Shown here: one piece after another, positions 62,109 to 64,000 of the stretch
Layout: each line of letters starts with the position of its first letter
Position numbering within the stretch: the stretch's first letter is position 1
Source: Pocillopora damicornis
Lineage: Eukaryota
NCBI RefSeq assembly: GCF_003704095.1
Contig: NW_020843655.1
Location: forward strand, 1 to 64,000
Direction of reading: 5' to 3'
DNA: 64,000 nucleotides
Notes under the pieces: model-generated
The model's input: the letters and a program-made list of their open reading frames with translations, nothing else
Databases searched by the model: none
What the model was told of the DNA's origin: nothing
Position numbers and translations under genes: made by a program

Positions 62109-63149
62109 ATGGAATTCTCCGCAGCAGAACAAAATCTCACAACCGTTCCTCCTTCGATTGGCTCAACCAAAGATAGTGGTTGCTTTCATCTTCCAGATCC
62201 AAAGTTTGACGAGTTCTACCATCGTAGAACCACTAACCTAGTGACAGCTGCAATGAACGCGATTTTATCGCCGTTTGCTGTGGCAGCTAATTTCCTGATG
62301 GTTTTCATTATCTGCAAAACGTCTTCTCTCCATTCACCATCGAACTTGCTGCTAGCCTGCCTTTCCATATCAGACATTTTTGTTGGCCTCGTTCTGCAAC
62401 CCAGTTATGTTGCGTATAGACTGCTAGAAAACCAGCATGGATTTGTCCCTTGTTCCGTCAGGATGTTATACTCAACAGGATTCTACGTGTATTATGGTGT
62501 GTCGTTTATGACGTTATGCACCATTGGGTGCGAAAGATTACTTGCTCTGCTCTACCATCTCCGATACCCTCAAATCGTCAGCCAGGATCGTGTAATGAAA
62601 GTAGTTTCATTATTATGGTTTGTTAATATATCCTTAACTTTTCTGCAATGGGCTCATAACTATACTTTTCGAACAATTCATCTTGGATTGTGGGTTGCAT
62701 CCCTTCTCATCGCGGTTGCCACCCAATGTAGAATTATTCCTATAATAAGGCATCACCAGAGGCAAATTCGAAATTTAAACCAGACACATTGGCGCGGTCG
62801 CCAAATGCAAATCAAGCTCGCGATAAACATTGCATCCATATTAGCGGTATACTTTGTGCTCAACCTGCCAGTGCTTGTCATTACCATATCTCACCAAGTA
62901 GCATCTAAACAGATTACTAGCTACAACCTATACAGTTGGGCTGAGACGGTAGCGTTCATAAATTCATCTGTCAATCCGCTGGTTTGCCTGTGGAGAGTGA
63001 AGTCCATTCGAAATGAGATAACAGGTTTAAGAATTTGGAAGAGGTTGCAGCTGGCAAGACATAGATTCAAAAAAGACAAGACGCCTGGGGTGATACCTCT
63101 AGATAAGAACCTTGTCTTGGTCAGATTTCGACAAATTACGGCCCTTTAA
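62109..63149 (+). CDS. Single-exon class A orphan GPCR, cluster member 4 (346 aa)
   Basis: NLT sequon; CLSISD, CERL and NSSVNPLVC; clearly paralogous to the three preceding GPCRs. Confidence 0.93.
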   Translation: MEFSAAEQNLTTVPPSIGSTKDSGCFHLPDPKFDEFYHRRTTNLVTAAMNAILSPFAVAANFLMVFIICKTSSLHSPSNLLLACLSISDIFVGLVLQPSYVAYRLLENQHGFVPCSVRMLYSTGFYVYYGVSFMTLCTIGCERLLALLYHLRYPQIVSQDRVMKVVSLLWFVNISLTFLQWAHNYTFRTIHLGLWVASLLIAVATQCRIIPIIRHHQRQIRNLNQTHWRGRQMQIKLAINIASILAVYFVLNLPVLVITISHQVASKQITSYNLYSWAETVAFINSSVNPLVCLWRVKSIRNEITGLRIWKRLQLARHRFKKDKTPGVIPLDKNLVLVRFRQITAL

Positions 63150-63204
63150 TCTTTAAGCACCAACTTCAGTCCACATGACTACATAGCAATATGCCGATAT
63201 GAAC

Positions 63205-63415
63205 TTAACCCTTTATACCCTGTTATCTGAATACAAATTCTCCATACTGTTCTATAAACATTTCCTACGGAGCTGAAAAGGAGAATTTGTTACAAAATCA
63301 GCACCTTTTTTAGTTAGTGGTAATTTCTATCATTCTCGTGACCATAACGTTTGATTCCTGGGTGATATTGTAAAGAAAATTAGAGGCTAGTCACCCATGG
63401 AGGCCAAAGGGATAA
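63205..63415 (+). mobile_element. piggyBac-like MITE (subfamily A) 55 bp after the last GPCR stop
   Basis: ttaaccctttataccctg ... ccaaagggataa; body matches 3725-3939. Confidence 0.75.
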
Positions 63416-64000
63416 CGAGGAAATCGTAGACAATATTTTAAAGGGAAGTTTCATGATATTGTCCCACGAATAGAAAATTCGAAGTTTGAGCACCTGATAC
63501 CGGGCCTTTGCTGACATCCTTAGAATTTCCGGACTCTTTACCTTACCCAAAGCACTCCGCATAAAAGCTGTCAATAAATGCTGTCAATCCCTCCTTGGAG
63601 TTTTCTGTTGCTAGACTCAGTTTTAATGTAAAAGCAATTTGTGCTTGGCCTAACAATGAAGTTGTATGTAAGTTCTGTTTACGTTTTGTTTCTCTGATAC
63701 GATAGCAGATTAAAACTAAAATTATCGAACTAAGAGTGTTTATTCATAATTATTGAATCAAGAAGAAAAAAGTAATTTTGTTTTTCTTGTTTTTATAAAA
63801 TTGGGAGTTTAGAATTTAGTAGTGTTAAACTTGTATCTAAACTATAGCCTTTTAAAACATTAGATATTTAACTTTATCCACTCAGACGTGTTCGCAGCGA
63901 GCAGATATGGAACAAAGAAAAGACCTTTCCGTTTTTTAGCTGCGTCATCCGCTAGTGATGCTGATCTTCATTTTAGATTGCAAAGTACTGAAGGTCGTCC

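Noticed and set aside
54274-63149. GPCRs as opsins or aminergic receptors
   Set aside because: No Lys at 7.43 and no Asp at 3.32 by motif counting, so no gene symbol was assigned.

Overview
AT-rich eukaryotic genomic DNA with spliceosomal introns and four 100-N scaffold gaps. The repeat families and the intronless class A GPCRs suggest a marine invertebrate, most likely a stony coral or other anthozoan (inference). Spliced models built by hand, with intron phases checked: a 2-exon BTB/POZ gene (4090-6051 +); an 8-exon reticulon (6797-14516 +) with a GC-AG intron; a degraded partial tandem copy of that reticulon (16497-19040); a 6-exon, 560-aa protein with a MIDAS-type VWA domain between two copies of an unnamed ~105-aa 'GRGFY...QSTSYNR' domain (20260-26016 +); a lone single-exon GPCR (33764-34702 +); a 3-exon secreted frizzled-related protein (45733-48137 -); and a cluster of four related atypical single-exon GPCRs (54274-63149, mixed orientation). 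Non-coding DNA holds a 55-bp hairpin-containing satellite, many TTAA-flanked piggyBac-like MITEs, CCAAT-rich TIR elements, tRNA-derived SINE heads and Penelope-like palindromes with degenerate hammerhead cores. The best candidate for an undescribed system is the VWA gene with the duplicated domain. No CRISPR array, rRNA or intact tRNA was seen.
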